Below, in pieces: positions 42,675 to 52,488 of a stretch of DNA of 64,000 nt. The notes beneath the pieces are model-generated. The model was not told the DNA's origin, made no database searches, and saw nothing but the letters and a program-made list of their open reading frames with translations. The first letter of the stretch is position 1, and each line of letters begins with the position of its first letter. Source of the DNA: Pseudohongiellaceae bacterium (lineage in GTDB: Bacteria > Pseudomonadota > Gammaproteobacteria > Pseudomonadales > Pseudohongiellaceae); contig JBBEBP010000017.1 in NCBI GenBank assembly GCA_040882255.1, forward strand, positions 22,870 to 86,869, in the 5' to 3' direction. The position numbers and the translations under genes were made by a program.

Positions 42675-42873
42675 GCCAAGCACCTCTGTCCCGCTTTCCT
42701 TCCCAGTCTGTGTGCACGGCATGATAGCGGCTTTGGCGGTACCGGCAAAGCCGGGCCGGGCGGGCTGGCGCTCAGCACCGAATCACGTTATAAAAGACCC
42801 CTTTCATGGAAGGCAGCCCGGGAGCATCCGGGGCGCCGTGGAGTCAGGAACCAGTCATAAGGGATCAGCCACC

Positions 42874-44055
42874 ATGTACCGGATACGCACGTATAACAAC
42901 ATTGCCCGCAAAGGACTTGCCATCATCGAGGGGGAGCACTACCAGACGGGCGCGGAGATCGACAACGCCGATGCGTTGCTACTGCGCAGCCACAAACTGG
43001 AGTCCGGCGAGATCGACGATAACGTGCTGGCCGTTGCCCGCGCCGGCGCCGGCACCAACAACGTCCCCGTACCCCACTGCAATGAGCATGGAATCGCGGT
43101 GTTCAACACGCCCGGGGCCAACGCCAACGCCGTCAAGGAGCTGGTTCTGGCCGGTCTGTTGCTGGGATCGCGCGGTATTCTGCCCGGCGTGAACTACGTC
43201 GACTCCCTGAAGGAGATGGCCGACAACACCGCCCTGTCCAGCCTGCTGGAGAAGGAAAAGAAGCGCTTCAAGGGCAATGAACTGGCCGGCAGGACCATCG
43301 GTATCGTAGGACTGGGAGCCATCGGCTCCCTGGTCGCCGAAGCGGCCATCCACCTGGGCATGGAAGTACTGGGCCACGACCCGAAGCTGTCCGTGGACGC
43401 CGCATGGCGGCTGCCCAATCAGGTACGCAAGATCGAGAATCTCAGTGCATTGCTGGCCAACTCCGATTACGTGACCCTTCACCTGCCAGCCATCGAGCCC
43501 ACCATCGGGCTGATCAATGACGAGGCGCTGGCGGTCATGAAGCCGGGCGCCTGCCTGCTCAACTTTTCCAGGGACGAGATCGTCGACCCCGACGCCATCC
43601 TGGCGGCCCTGAATGCGGACAGCCTGCGCCTGTACATCAGCGATTTCCCGCGCCATGAACTGATCGGGCGCGACGACACGATCCTGATGCCACACATCGG
43701 CGCCAGCACCGGGGAAGCCGAAGAAAACTGCGCGGTCATGGCCGCCCGGCAACTGAAGGACTTCCTGGAAGATGGTAATATCCGCAATTCAGTCAATTTT
43801 CCGGCCACTCACCTGGACCGGATTCCGGACTCGCAGCCGGATACGCGACTGGCCATCACCAACCGCAATGTGCCGGGCATGCTGGGACAGATCCTGTCGG
43901 TACTGGCGGAGAGGGGGCTCAACGTGGTGGACATGATCAACAAGAGCCGGGACGAACTGGCCTATAACCTGATCGACCTGGACGCCGCCCCCGATCAGAA
44001 CACACTGGAACAGATCCGGGCCATAGAGGATGTGATCTGTGCGCGCCGGCTATGA
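42874..44055 (+). CDS. serA: D-3-phosphoglycerate dehydrogenase (with C-terminal ACT domain)
   Basis: MYRIRTYNNIARKGL start. NAD-binding GIVGLGAIGSLVA. The catalytic His region PHIGAST. The 108 upstream codons of the track ORF overlap the divergent MBL gene and were discarded. Confidence 0.88.
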   Translation: MYRIRTYNNIARKGLAIIEGEHYQTGAEIDNADALLLRSHKLESGEIDDNVLAVARAGAGTNNVPVPHCNEHGIAVFNTPGANANAVKELVLAGLLLGSRGILPGVNYVDSLKEMADNTALSSLLEKEKKRFKGNELAGRTIGIVGLGAIGSLVAEAAIHLGMEVLGHDPKLSVDAAWRLPNQVRKIENLSALLANSDYVTLHLPAIEPTIGLINDEALAVMKPGACLLNFSRDEIVDPDAILAALNADSLRLYISDFPRHELIGRDDTILMPHIGASTGEAEENCAVMAARQLKDFLEDGNIRNSVNFPATHLDRIPDSQPDTRLAITNRNVPGMLGQILSVLAERGLNVVDMINKSRDELAYNLIDLDAAPDQNTLEQIRAIEDVICARRL

Positions 44056-44092
44056 ACGGGCGGCGCGGGCCTGTCGTATAAACCCTGCGGGC

Positions 44093-44323
44093 GGTAAGCT
44101 CGCCGGACAAATTGATGGGTATTGTACTTTGTTTTTTAGTCTCGCAGAGATCGCCAAGTACGCAGAGGAGAACCAGACTTTCGGAAAGTCCATGCTCAAC
44201 GTGGCATTTCGCACACTGTTAGCGCATTTGTAGAATAGGGCCACCCGAAGTGTCCGACCTTCTAACCGCTTTCTCTGCGCGCTCCGCGAGCTTCGCGAGA
44301 TCAACAAAAACCTCCGGCTTACC
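44093..44323. repeat. Possible decayed ~230-bp imperfect palindromic element E3 in the serA-serC spacer
   Basis: Termini GGTAAGCtcgCCGGA and TCCGGCTTACC are inverted. Internal arms 44140-44170 and 44271-44300 pair at about 22/31 positions. The region is AT-richer than its flanks and has no credible ORF. Confidence 0.3.
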
Positions 44324-44383
44324 CACGAAGGTTCAGATGAATCTGGCCGGAAAGACCACTATCAAACCATTCAGGAAGAGAAC

Positions 44384-45472
44384 ATGAGCAATAGAGTCTA
44401 CAATTTTGGCGCGGGACCGGCGATGCTGCCCACGGAAGTCATGGAGCAGGCCCGCGAGGAGTTCCTGGACTACCAGGGCATGGGTGCCTCGATCATAGAG
44501 ATCAGCCACCGCTCGAAAGAGTTCGGCGCCGTGCTGGACAAGACCGACCATCGGCTGCGCGAGCTGGCCGGCATCCCCGACGACTACGAGATCCTCTATG
44601 TGCACGGTGGCGCGCAGATGCAGTTCTCTGCCATCCCGCTGAACCTGCTGGACCACAACCCGGCCCACAAGGCTGCCTATGTGGAAACCGGCAACTTCGC
44701 CCGGCTGGCGCGCAAGGAGGCAGAACGCTTCGGTAACATCACGGTGGCGGCCACCAGCGAGGACACCAACTTCAACCGGATTCCGGACTTCAATGCTTCC
44801 AGCCTGGACCCCGATACCTCGTACCTGCACATCACCAGCAACAACACCATCTTCGGCACCCGCTGGCAGCAGTTTCCGGACGCCGGTGACATTCCGCTGG
44901 TGGCCGACATGACCTCCGAACTGCTGTCCCGCGAACTTGACATCCGCCGCTTTGGCGTCATCTTTGCCGGCCTGCAGAAAAATCTGGGGCCCAGCGGCAT
45001 GGCCACAGTCATCATCCGCAAGGACCTGCTCGGCAAGGCACTGCCCCATACACCGGGCCTGCTGGATTATTCGGTCTACGCAAAGAACCATTCCATGAGC
45101 AACACCGCCAATACCTTTGCCATCTACATGATGGGACTGGTACTGGACTGGCTGAAGGAACAGGGCGGCGTCAGTGCCATCGAGAGAGTCAACGCCGAGA
45201 AAGCGGCGCTGCTCTACAACGTGATCGACAACTCGGAGCTGTACCTGGGCACGGCGCAGGAAGACAGCCGCTCACACATGAACGTGACGTTCAACCTCGC
45301 CAACCCGGAGCTGGAGAAAGCCTTCCTGGACGAAGCGTTGCAGCACGACCTGTATGCCCTGAAGGGCCACCGGCTGGTGGGCGGCATCCGGGCCTCCATC
45401 TATAACGCCATGCCATTGGCCGGCTGTCAGGCCCTGGCGGACTTCATGCAGGATTTCGAACGCCGATCATGA
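44384..45472 (+). CDS. serC: 3-phosphoserine/phosphohydroxythreonine aminotransferase
   Basis: MSNRVYNFGAGPAMLP N-terminus and PLP-Lys region FAGLQKNLGPSG. Confidence 0.95.
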   Translation: MSNRVYNFGAGPAMLPTEVMEQAREEFLDYQGMGASIIEISHRSKEFGAVLDKTDHRLRELAGIPDDYEILYVHGGAQMQFSAIPLNLLDHNPAHKAAYVETGNFARLARKEAERFGNITVAATSEDTNFNRIPDFNASSLDPDTSYLHITSNNTIFGTRWQQFPDAGDIPLVADMTSELLSRELDIRRFGVIFAGLQKNLGPSGMATVIIRKDLLGKALPHTPGLLDYSVYAKNHSMSNTANTFAIYMMGLVLDWLKEQGGVSAIERVNAEKAALLYNVIDNSELYLGTAQEDSRSHMNVTFNLANPELEKAFLDEALQHDLYALKGHRLVGGIRASIYNAMPLAGCQALADFMQDFERRS

Positions 45473-45993
45473 GCCGGTATCGCCCACCAGCACCACCGAA
45501 GTCCAATTATCTGACGAACGAGGGCGAGGCCAGACTGAAGAAAGAGCTGGATTACCTGTGGCGGGACGAAAGGCCGCGTGTCACACAATCCGTGACCGAA
45601 GCCGCCGCCCAGGGCGACCGTTCCGAAAATGCCGAGTATATCTACGGCAAGAAACGTCTGCGGGAAATCGACCGCCGCGTGCGTTACCTTAGCCGGCGTC
45701 TGGAAAACGCCACCGTGGTCAAGCGTATCCCGGACGATCCGGACCGCATTTTCTTTGGCGCCTGGGTAATGCTGGAGGACGAGCAAGGCCGGGAAGCCGA
45801 GTATCGGATCGTCGGGCCGGACGAGATTGGTTTCCGGGACGGCTACATCAGCATGGACGCCCCGCTGGGGCGGGCCCTGCTCGGCAAGCGCGATGATGCG
45901 GACGTGACGGTGCGCACTCCGGAAGGCGAGCATTGCTATACTGTCACCGGCATCCGCTACGAGCCCGATGATGAACAAAGCGACACCGAATAG
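45469..45993 (+). CDS. greB: Transcription elongation factor GreB
   Basis: YLTNEGEARLKKELDYLW...RPRVTQSVTEAAAQGDRSENAEYIYGK is the Gre coiled-coil with acidic tip. ATGA overlap with serC. Confidence 0.88.
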   Translation: MSRYRPPAPPKSNYLTNEGEARLKKELDYLWRDERPRVTQSVTEAAAQGDRSENAEYIYGKKRLREIDRRVRYLSRRLENATVVKRIPDDPDRIFFGAWVMLEDEQGREAEYRIVGPDEIGFRDGYISMDAPLGRALLGKRDDADVTVRTPEGEHCYTVTGIRYEPDDEQSDTE

Positions 45994-47011
45994 ATCGGTC
46001 AGCATCCTCGCCCTGCGCCAGGCACTGGTCTCCAGCATGATGATACCGCTGGAAATGATCAGTGCCGCCGATCAGATCGTGCGGGCCCACACAGGCAGAC
46101 ATCACCCCTTGCTGTCTGTCGACATCGTGGCCGAAACGAAGGCCATGCGGGAACTCACTGGCGGGGTGCAACTCAAACCGGCACGGTCCCTCGAGGAGAC
46201 TCCCTTCAGCGACCTGATTTTCATACCGGCCCTGTGGGGCAACCCCCGGGCCGCGCTACGCGCTCATCCCGATATCATCACCTGGCTGCGCCAATGTCAT
46301 GAAAGCGGCGCCATGCTCTGCGCCGTCGGTACCGGCAGCTACTTTCTGGCCAGCGCCGGGCTGCTGGACGGCCGCATGGCCACCACGCACTGGCGTTATT
46401 TCGATGACTTCGATCTCCGCTATCCCCGGGTCCGGTTGCAACGCAAGCGGTTCATCACCCGCGACACCCGCCTGTATTGTACCGGAAGCATCAATGCCGT
46501 ACGGGACGTCAGCCTGCACTTTGTCGAACAGCTTTTTGACGCCGGCATCGCCAACGAAGTCGCTCACCATTTCACGCACGAACTCAAGAGATCCTACGAA
46601 TCACAGTTACTGGACGCCGAGCCGCCGAACATCCATCACGACGAGGACATCATCAAGATCCAGGAATGGATGCAGGACCACTACGCCCGCGACGTACGAG
46701 TGGCCGATGTAGCAGCCCGGTTCAACATCCATCAGCGGGCACTCAACCGCCGCTTCCGCCAGGCGGCTGGCCAGACACCCGGCGCCTACCTGCAGAGCGT
46801 GAGACTGTCACGGGCCAGGGAGCTGCTCAAGCACAGCAACCTGAGCATTGCCGAAACGGCCTGGGCCGTGGGCTACCAGGACGTCAGTTATTTCACCGGC
46901 CTGTTCCGCCGCTACCATACTGTGACACCTGGAGAATACCGGCGCCTGGTACGTACCCGGCTGTTCAACGCGGAGCAGCCGGGTACGCACCGGACAAGAA
47001 GCCGGAACTGA
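45968..47011 (+). CDS. GlxA-family transcriptional regulator (DJ-1/PfpI domain + AraC HTH)
   Basis: N-terminal DJ-1-like region with LCAVGTGSYFLASAGLLDG. C-terminal AraC-type HTH (IAETAWAVGYQDVSYFTGLFRRYHTVTPGEYR). Confidence 0.82.
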   Translation: MMNKATPNRSVSILALRQALVSSMMIPLEMISAADQIVRAHTGRHHPLLSVDIVAETKAMRELTGGVQLKPARSLEETPFSDLIFIPALWGNPRAALRAHPDIITWLRQCHESGAMLCAVGTGSYFLASAGLLDGRMATTHWRYFDDFDLRYPRVRLQRKRFITRDTRLYCTGSINAVRDVSLHFVEQLFDAGIANEVAHHFTHELKRSYESQLLDAEPPNIHHDEDIIKIQEWMQDHYARDVRVADVAARFNIHQRALNRRFRQAAGQTPGAYLQSVRLSRARELLKHSNLSIAETAWAVGYQDVSYFTGLFRRYHTVTPGEYRRLVRTRLFNAEQPGTHRTRSRN

Positions 47012-47016
47012 GCGGA

Positions 47017-47331
47017 TCACCCTCCCTGCTTTTCCCGCATTTTCGACAGCTGCTCTTCCGTGGCCGGTTGCTGGTACCTGTCCTTCCACTCGGCATACGG
47101 CATCCCGTAGACACGTTCGCGGGCCTTCTCGTAGTCAACATCCAGTCCGCGCGACTGAGCCTCGGCGGCGTACCACTTGGCCAGACAGTTGCGGCAGAAG
47201 CCGGCCAGGTTCATCAGGTCGATATTCTGCACGTCCTTGTTGTCATCCAGATGGGACAGCAACCGGCGGAATGTCGCTGCTTCCAGGGCCTGCTGTGTAT
47301 TTTCGTCAATGGACTGAGTCACTGTGTTCAA
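47017..47331 (-). CDS. DUF1244-family protein
   Basis: 104 aa. NLAGFCRNCLAKWY motif recalled from DUF1244. Confidence 0.7.
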   Translation of the reverse strand: MNTVTQSIDENTQQALEAATFRRLLSHLDDNKDVQNIDLMNLAGFCRNCLAKWYAAEAQSRGLDVDYEKARERVYGMPYAEWKDRYQQPATEEQLSKMREKQGG

Positions 47332-47756
47332 CCCCCCGAGGACGCTTGCTGCAGATCATCGTCATCATCTTCAAAGGCATCCAGTTCCGCCTCGTCCACC
47401 TCCGGAACCGGATCAATGAATTCGGGTGGCGCTTTGCGGTGTTTCTTGTCCACCGATTTGAGCTGGCGTTCCGCCGCGTTGAATGCATCGCGGATTGCCA
47501 CATACATGTCCTCGTGTGCACGATTATCGTGCTGGTCCTGGTTGACCACGATTTCCCGGTTGGGAGTGTGAATTTCCAACACCACCGAGTAGACCTTGCC
47601 CTTGTGGTGGTGGTTGTGCGGGGAATCAAGCACAACACGCCCGCCCATAATATCGTTGCTGAAACGCTTCAGTTTCTCGATGCGCTTGTTCACATTGTCG
47701 GTGATCGCATCGGACTGATCGATATTATGAAACACAATCTGGAAATCATTGGACAT
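47328..47756 (-). CDS. HPF/RaiA-family ribosome-associated protein with acidic tail
   Basis: FHNIDQSDAITDNVNKRIEKLKRF...YSVVLEIHTPNREIVVN...DMYVAIRDAFNAAERQL follows the sigma-54 modulation/S30EA fold pattern. Confidence 0.72.
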   Translation of the reverse strand: MSNDFQIVFHNIDQSDAITDNVNKRIEKLKRFSNDIMGGRVVLDSPHNHHHKGKVYSVVLEIHTPNREIVVNQDQHDNRAHEDMYVAIRDAFNAAERQLKSVDKKHRKAPPEFIDPVPEVDEAELDAFEDDDDDLQQASSGG

Positions 47757-47776
47757 AAGCTGTCTCCCTCTTGCAA

Positions 47777-48895
47777 TCAGCGGCCAACCAGTTGGTCGGC
47801 CAGCAGTGAAACGGCCAACGCATAGCTGTTGGCACAGTTGTAACCCAGAATGGTCCTGAAATTGTTATAGACCAGAAAAGCCTGCCCGTCCGGGCCATCA
47901 GGCTGAATCACCGAAGCGCGCAAATCAGCCTCGGGAAGATCGCTTCCATCCTCCCGCCGGACACCGGCTTCCTGCCACTCGGACAGCGGAAGACGGACGG
48001 AATGGCGGCGCAGTACGCTGCAGGACCCCTGATAGTCCGACTGCTGCCAGCGTTCGTCCTGCAGGTCGAGACCAGAGGGCAGTTGCACAGGCCGCCCCCA
48101 CACCTGACCGGCCTGCCAGCCCCGCTGATCCAGGTAGTTGGCGATGGAAGCCAGCACATCCTCCTCGCTCTGCCAGATGTCGCGCCGCCCGTCGCCGTCG
48201 AAATCGACCGCGTGATCCAGGAAACTGCCGGGCATGAACTGGCTCTGCCCCATGGCGCCGGCCCAGGAGCCGACCATCTGCTCGTGGCTGATATGGCCTT
48301 CCTCAAGAATCTGAAGTGCCGCAAACAGCTGGCTGCGGAAATAATCAGCGCGCCGCGGATCGAATGCCAGGGTGACCAGTGCGCGGATGACCTCGGTGCC
48401 GCCGGTGAAATTGCCGTAGTTGGTTTCGATGCCCCAGATGGCAACGATGTACCGGCCCGGTACACCATACTCCCGGGTGATACGCTGCAACAGGCCGGCA
48501 TGTTCGGCCAGCCGCTGGCGGCCCGTATCAATGCGCCAGTCGGTGACACGACGCTCCAGGTACTCTTCCAGCGTCTCGACGAACTCCGCCTGACTGCGGT
48601 CATTGGAGATTACACGGGGAATGGGCCGGACCGGTTCCAGTACGTCCCGGATCAGGGAGTCACTGATGCCGCGTTCACGGGCTTCGTCGATCAGGCTGGC
48701 CAGCCAACGCTCGTACCACTCTTCATCGATGGGCTCGACCTGCGGCTCTTCACTGTCCTGGGCCCGGACAATGGCGGGGATCGACAGAATCACGAAGACG
48801 AGCAGCATGAGGATTCCGGACAACCACCGGTTCACTCCCTGGCTTTCCGATCTGTCCCTGACCGGCCTGGTACCCGGAACAACGTACTGCGTCAT
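47777..48895 (-). CDS. mltB: Lytic murein transglycosylase B family
   Basis: YIVAIWGIETNYG and GSWAGAMGQSQFMPGSF motifs. N-terminal TM/signal segment. Confidence 0.85.
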   Translation of the reverse strand: MTQYVVPGTRPVRDRSESQGVNRWLSGILMLLVFVILSIPAIVRAQDSEEPQVEPIDEEWYERWLASLIDEARERGISDSLIRDVLEPVRPIPRVISNDRSQAEFVETLEEYLERRVTDWRIDTGRQRLAEHAGLLQRITREYGVPGRYIVAIWGIETNYGNFTGGTEVIRALVTLAFDPRRADYFRSQLFAALQILEEGHISHEQMVGSWAGAMGQSQFMPGSFLDHAVDFDGDGRRDIWQSEEDVLASIANYLDQRGWQAGQVWGRPVQLPSGLDLQDERWQQSDYQGSCSVLRRHSVRLPLSEWQEAGVRREDGSDLPEADLRASVIQPDGPDGQAFLVYNNFRTILGYNCANSYALAVSLLADQLVGR

Positions 48896-48931
48896 GACAT
48901 GGTCTCCGGACGTTTCTCTGTCATTCCGAGA

Positions 48932-49513
48932 CTACTCCCTTGTCGCGGTTTTGTCCAAGTCCGGCCAGTAGCACCAATGCCAGGGCTCATAGTGGATACC
49001 CATCGTATTGTCACGGGGGTAGGAAAGGTGGAATCCAAAGCGTCGGGCATGCTCCGCCAGCCAGCGGAAGGCCGGTGTGTGCTCGAACGCTTCCTCCAGT
49101 GCAGGACAATCCGTAGTACCCAGATCCACGGCACAGCCGGTATGGTGCTCACTGAAGCCGGGAACCGCATTGACCTGCAGAATGTCTTCCATGGTACGCC
49201 CGGCGGCCAGCTTACGGCGGATCACCTCGCACTGGTAGTCGACGCTGCGGAACGCGGAAATCAGATGCACTGTCACCCCGTCCTCGGCGGCAGCCTGCTG
49301 CAGTCGCCGCCAGGCGGCCAGCGCATCGGGGCGCAACTGTTGGGACCGGCCATACCAGTCCGGACCCGCTTCGGCCAGCGATGCCGCTTCCGGCTGCAGC
49401 GGCCAGCCACGTTGCTCGGCAAAACCCGGCGGAACGCCCAGCTCACTGTGCAGCCGCTCTATCCGCGTCCGGTACCCGGCGGATCCCTCATCGCCCTGCA
49501 TGACCGGCATCAC
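48932..49513 (-). CDS. M15-family D-alanyl-D-alanine carboxypeptidase (VanY-like)
   Basis: Zinc/active-site motifs SAFRSVDYQ, PGFSEHHTGCAVDL and EPWHW. Confidence 0.82.
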   Translation of the reverse strand: MMPVMQGDEGSAGYRTRIERLHSELGVPPGFAEQRGWPLQPEAASLAEAGPDWYGRSQQLRPDALAAWRRLQQAAAEDGVTVHLISAFRSVDYQCEVIRRKLAAGRTMEDILQVNAVPGFSEHHTGCAVDLGTTDCPALEEAFEHTPAFRWLAEHARRFGFHLSYPRDNTMGIHYEPWHWCYWPDLDKTATRE

Positions 49514-50400
49514 TCCGAATAACTGTTGTAGATCGTCTCGATCCAGCGCTCCTCAGTGATGAAGTTCCAGCTCCACTCGTCCCACTCCGGGTCCAGACCT
49601 TCACCGACGATGGCCTCGAGACTCATGTCGTTGCTCATCATGGTACGCACTTCGGCCACCGTGCCGGTCATCATGTTGCGCAGGCGGGTCAGCTCCGCCT
49701 TGTCGGCCAGCTCACCATGACCCGGAATGATCTGGGTGTCATCGTTGACGCGCGCCAGGATCTGGTCCACGTTGGCGATATAGCCCTGCACCGAGCCGCC
49801 GTTGTCCAGATCCACGAACGGGAACCGCCCCTGGAAGAACAGGTCACCGGCATGCACCACGTTGGAACCGGCAAAATACAGCACCACATCACCATCGGTG
49901 TGCCCGCGCGGATAGTGGATCATGTCGACGCGTTCGCCATTGAAGTGCAGTGTCATCCGCTCAGTGAAGGTCATCGCGGGCAGCCCGATGGGCTCCATAC
50001 CGGCCTCTTCCAGACGGGTGCGGACATTGGCATGCGCCACGATTACACTGTCTGCCCCGAACGCCGGATTGCCATTGGTATGGTCATCATGCAGATGGGT
50101 GTTGACCAGCAGACGGGGATTCTCGCCCACAGCCTCGCGGATGCGTTCCGCCAGTGCCTCGTACTGGGCATCGATCATCAGCACGCCGTCCTCACCGCTG
50201 GAAATTCCAATATTCCCGCCCGAGCCGGTCAGCATGGCCAGAGGACCATTCAACGGTGTCACTTCGATCTCGACATCATCCATATTCTGCGCCGCTGCGC
50301 CGGCACTAAAGCCGATCAACAGAGCGGCCAGCCACATCCGCGGATGCTGCCCCGGAAAACACCCTGTCATTGCCTGAAAGCCCCTGTTCATGCCGATCAC
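49510..50400 (-). CDS. Secreted MBL-fold metallo-hydrolase
   Basis: Signal peptide MWLAALLIGFSAGAAAQ. NTHLHDDHTNGN motif. ATGA overlap with the downstream M15 peptidase gene. Confidence 0.82.
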   Translation of the reverse strand: MIGMNRGFQAMTGCFPGQHPRMWLAALLIGFSAGAAAQNMDDVEIEVTPLNGPLAMLTGSGGNIGISSGEDGVLMIDAQYEALAERIREAVGENPRLLVNTHLHDDHTNGNPAFGADSVIVAHANVRTRLEEAGMEPIGLPAMTFTERMTLHFNGERVDMIHYPRGHTDGDVVLYFAGSNVVHAGDLFFQGRFPFVDLDNGGSVQGYIANVDQILARVNDDTQIIPGHGELADKAELTRLRNMMTGTVAEVRTMMSNDMSLEAIVGEGLDPEWDEWSWNFITEERWIETIYNSYSE

Positions 50401-50574
50401 TCCCCTGTCGAGAAAAATGAATACGATTCATCATGCCAGATAACCCTGCACCCGGCAAAAGCGCTGGCGCAGCGTCTATTTTGCCACATCAATTGACCAC
50501 AAAGCCCTATCTAATCATCAGCGCCACTGCCTATAGTAGCGCCTTTCCAGGCAGCGCTACCGGACGGAGACAAC

Positions 50575-52488
50575 ATGTCACGACTACCCCTGATCATCGG
50601 CTTTGGCGGCATCAACCCGGCCGGGCGCAGCTCGGCCCATCACGCCTATCGCCGCCTGGTCATGGACCATCTGCCTGAAGCCGAGGCCATGGAGACCCGG
50701 TGCAGCCTCGCCTCGCTGATGGGCCTGATCCGGTATCAGAACGGTCAGTGGCTGGACCCGGCCGGGCATACGGTACACCGGGACAGTTACCTGAAAGGAC
50801 TGGATCCCGTACTGAAAAACGGCACCCTGATCCGCCAGCTGGAAAACAACCTGTTCGATCCCGCCCGTATTCCGGCACACCAACGGGCGACGTTGCGGCC
50901 CGGACAGGACCAACCACTGAGTTTCCTGATCCGCCGCCGAGACCTGCCCACGGAGATTCCGCTGGGCTGGCAGGTGGCTGAAGCCCACGACGGCCTGCTC
51001 CGTGTGGAGATTCCCGAAGGCCTGCCGGTGATGCTGGAAACCCATCGCGGCAGCCCGGTCAACAGCGCCGGGCAGCTGCCCAGCGGCTTCGACCCACGTC
51101 CTCTGTACCAGTCCCGGAACCACCCGCGCGGCCTGCAGATGACCGTGTTTGGCGCCAGTGATGCCCTGCAGTCCCTGGGCCTGCCCTGGGAAGAGATCCT
51201 GCAGAAAGTGGCACCGGATCAGGTCAGCGTCTATGCCGGCAGCAGCATGAGCCAGCTGGACTACGAGGGTAACGGCGGCCTGCTGCAGGCCCGCCTGCTG
51301 GGTAAACGCGTGACGTCCAAGCAACTTGCCCTGGGCTTTGCGGAGATGCCGGCCGACTTCATCAATGCCTACCTGCTCGGCAACATGGGAACCACCGGCA
51401 CCAACGTGGCCGCTTGCGCCACATTCCTGTACAACCTGCGTCAGGCCATGCGGGATATCCGCAGCGGCAGCCACCGCATCGCCATTGTAGGCACCTCGGA
51501 AGCCCCGATCACACCGGAAGTAATCGAAGGCTACGCCACCATGGGCGCGCTGGCCGACGACCGCAAACTGTTGGATCTCGACGCCGCCCTGGGGCTGGAA
51601 ACACCCGATTACCGGCGTGCCTGCCGCCCCTTCGGTCTCAACACCGGTTTCACTCTGGGGGAATCCGCACAGTTCTTTGTCCTGTGCGATGACGCGCTGG
51701 CCCTGGAGCTGGGAGCCACCATCCACGGCGCCGTCAATGACGTCTTCGTCAACGCCGACGGCCACAAGAAATCGATCTCCAGCCCGGGCATCGGCAACTA
51801 CATCACCATGGCCAAAGCGGCCGCAGCCACCGAGGCCGTGATCGGCGCGGAGGGACTGCAGCAACGCAGCTTCGTGCAGGCCCACGGAACGGGCACTCCA
51901 CAGAACCGTACCACCGAGTCGCACATCATCGACGAGGTAGCCCGCGCCCGGGGCATCCCGAAGTGGCCCGTCAGCGCCATCAAGGCGTTCGTCGGGCACT
52001 CACTGGCCTCGGCCTCGGCCGACCAACTGATGGCGACGCTGGGTGTATGGCGTTACGGCATCCTGCCCGGCATAGAAACCGTGGACCGGATCGCCGACGA
52101 CGTCCATCAGAACCACGCTGAGTTCCTGCTGCAACACCGTGAGGTCGGCGCGCAGGGTACAGAGGCGGCCATACTGAATGCCAAGGGATTTGGCGGCAAC
52201 AACGCCAGCACCTCCATACTGGCACCGCACGTGGTACACCGGATGCTGCGCAAGCGCCATGGCGAACAGGCGATGGCCGCCTATGAACACCGCAACGAGG
52301 CCGTGCGCGAAGCGGCCGCCGACCATGATACGCAGGCGAGCCGGGGGCAGACACTGCCAGTCTACCGCTTCGGAGAGGGGGTGCTGGACGGCAGCGACAT
52401 CGATATGGACCGCCACTCCATCCGGGTGCGCGGACAGCAACAGGCCATCCACCTGCCCGAGGACAGCCCGTACGGGGACATGCTCTAG
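50575..52488 (+). CDS. fabY: FabY-type (PA5174-like) beta-ketoacyl-ACP synthase
   Basis: 637 aa. N-terminus MSRLPLIIGFGGINPAGRSS resembles my memory of P. aeruginosa FabY. KAS triad regions NVAACATFLY (Cys), QAHGTGTPQN (His) and FVGHSLASAS (His). The length is far greater than FabB/F. Confidence 0.75.
   Translation: MSRLPLIIGFGGINPAGRSSAHHAYRRLVMDHLPEAEAMETRCSLASLMGLIRYQNGQWLDPAGHTVHRDSYLKGLDPVLKNGTLIRQLENNLFDPARIPAHQRATLRPGQDQPLSFLIRRRDLPTEIPLGWQVAEAHDGLLRVEIPEGLPVMLETHRGSPVNSAGQLPSGFDPRPLYQSRNHPRGLQMTVFGASDALQSLGLPWEEILQKVAPDQVSVYAGSSMSQLDYEGNGGLLQARLLGKRVTSKQLALGFAEMPADFINAYLLGNMGTTGTNVAACATFLYNLRQAMRDIRSGSHRIAIVGTSEAPITPEVIEGYATMGALADDRKLLDLDAALGLETPDYRRACRPFGLNTGFTLGESAQFFVLCDDALALELGATIHGAVNDVFVNADGHKKSISSPGIGNYITMAKAAAATEAVIGAEGLQQRSFVQAHGTGTPQNRTTESHIIDEVARARGIPKWPVSAIKAFVGHSLASASADQLMATLGVWRYGILPGIETVDRIADDVHQNHAEFLLQHREVGAQGTEAAILNAKGFGGNNASTSILAPHVVHRMLRKRHGEQAMAAYEHRNEAVREAAADHDTQASRGQTLPVYRFGEGVLDGSDIDMDRHSIRVRGQQQAIHLPEDSPYGDML

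Noticed and set aside
42550-42873. N-terminal extensions of track ORFs: serA from 42550, DUF1820 to 14501, CSD from 10206, ybeY from 16774, lptE from 20781, hydratase from 54288, sulfotransferase from 56436, PEP-CTERM to 58912, proA to 40740
   Set aside because: The extensions overlap neighbouring genes or intergenic promoters and lack similarity to the families. In each case an internal Met with an SD or a signal peptide gives a canonical N-terminus.
44039-44307. Small ORFs 44039..44233 (+) and 44050..44307 (-) in the serA-serC spacer
   Set aside because: They are mutually antisense and have no SD or recognisable family. They coincide with the imperfect palindrome, which generates open frames on both strands.
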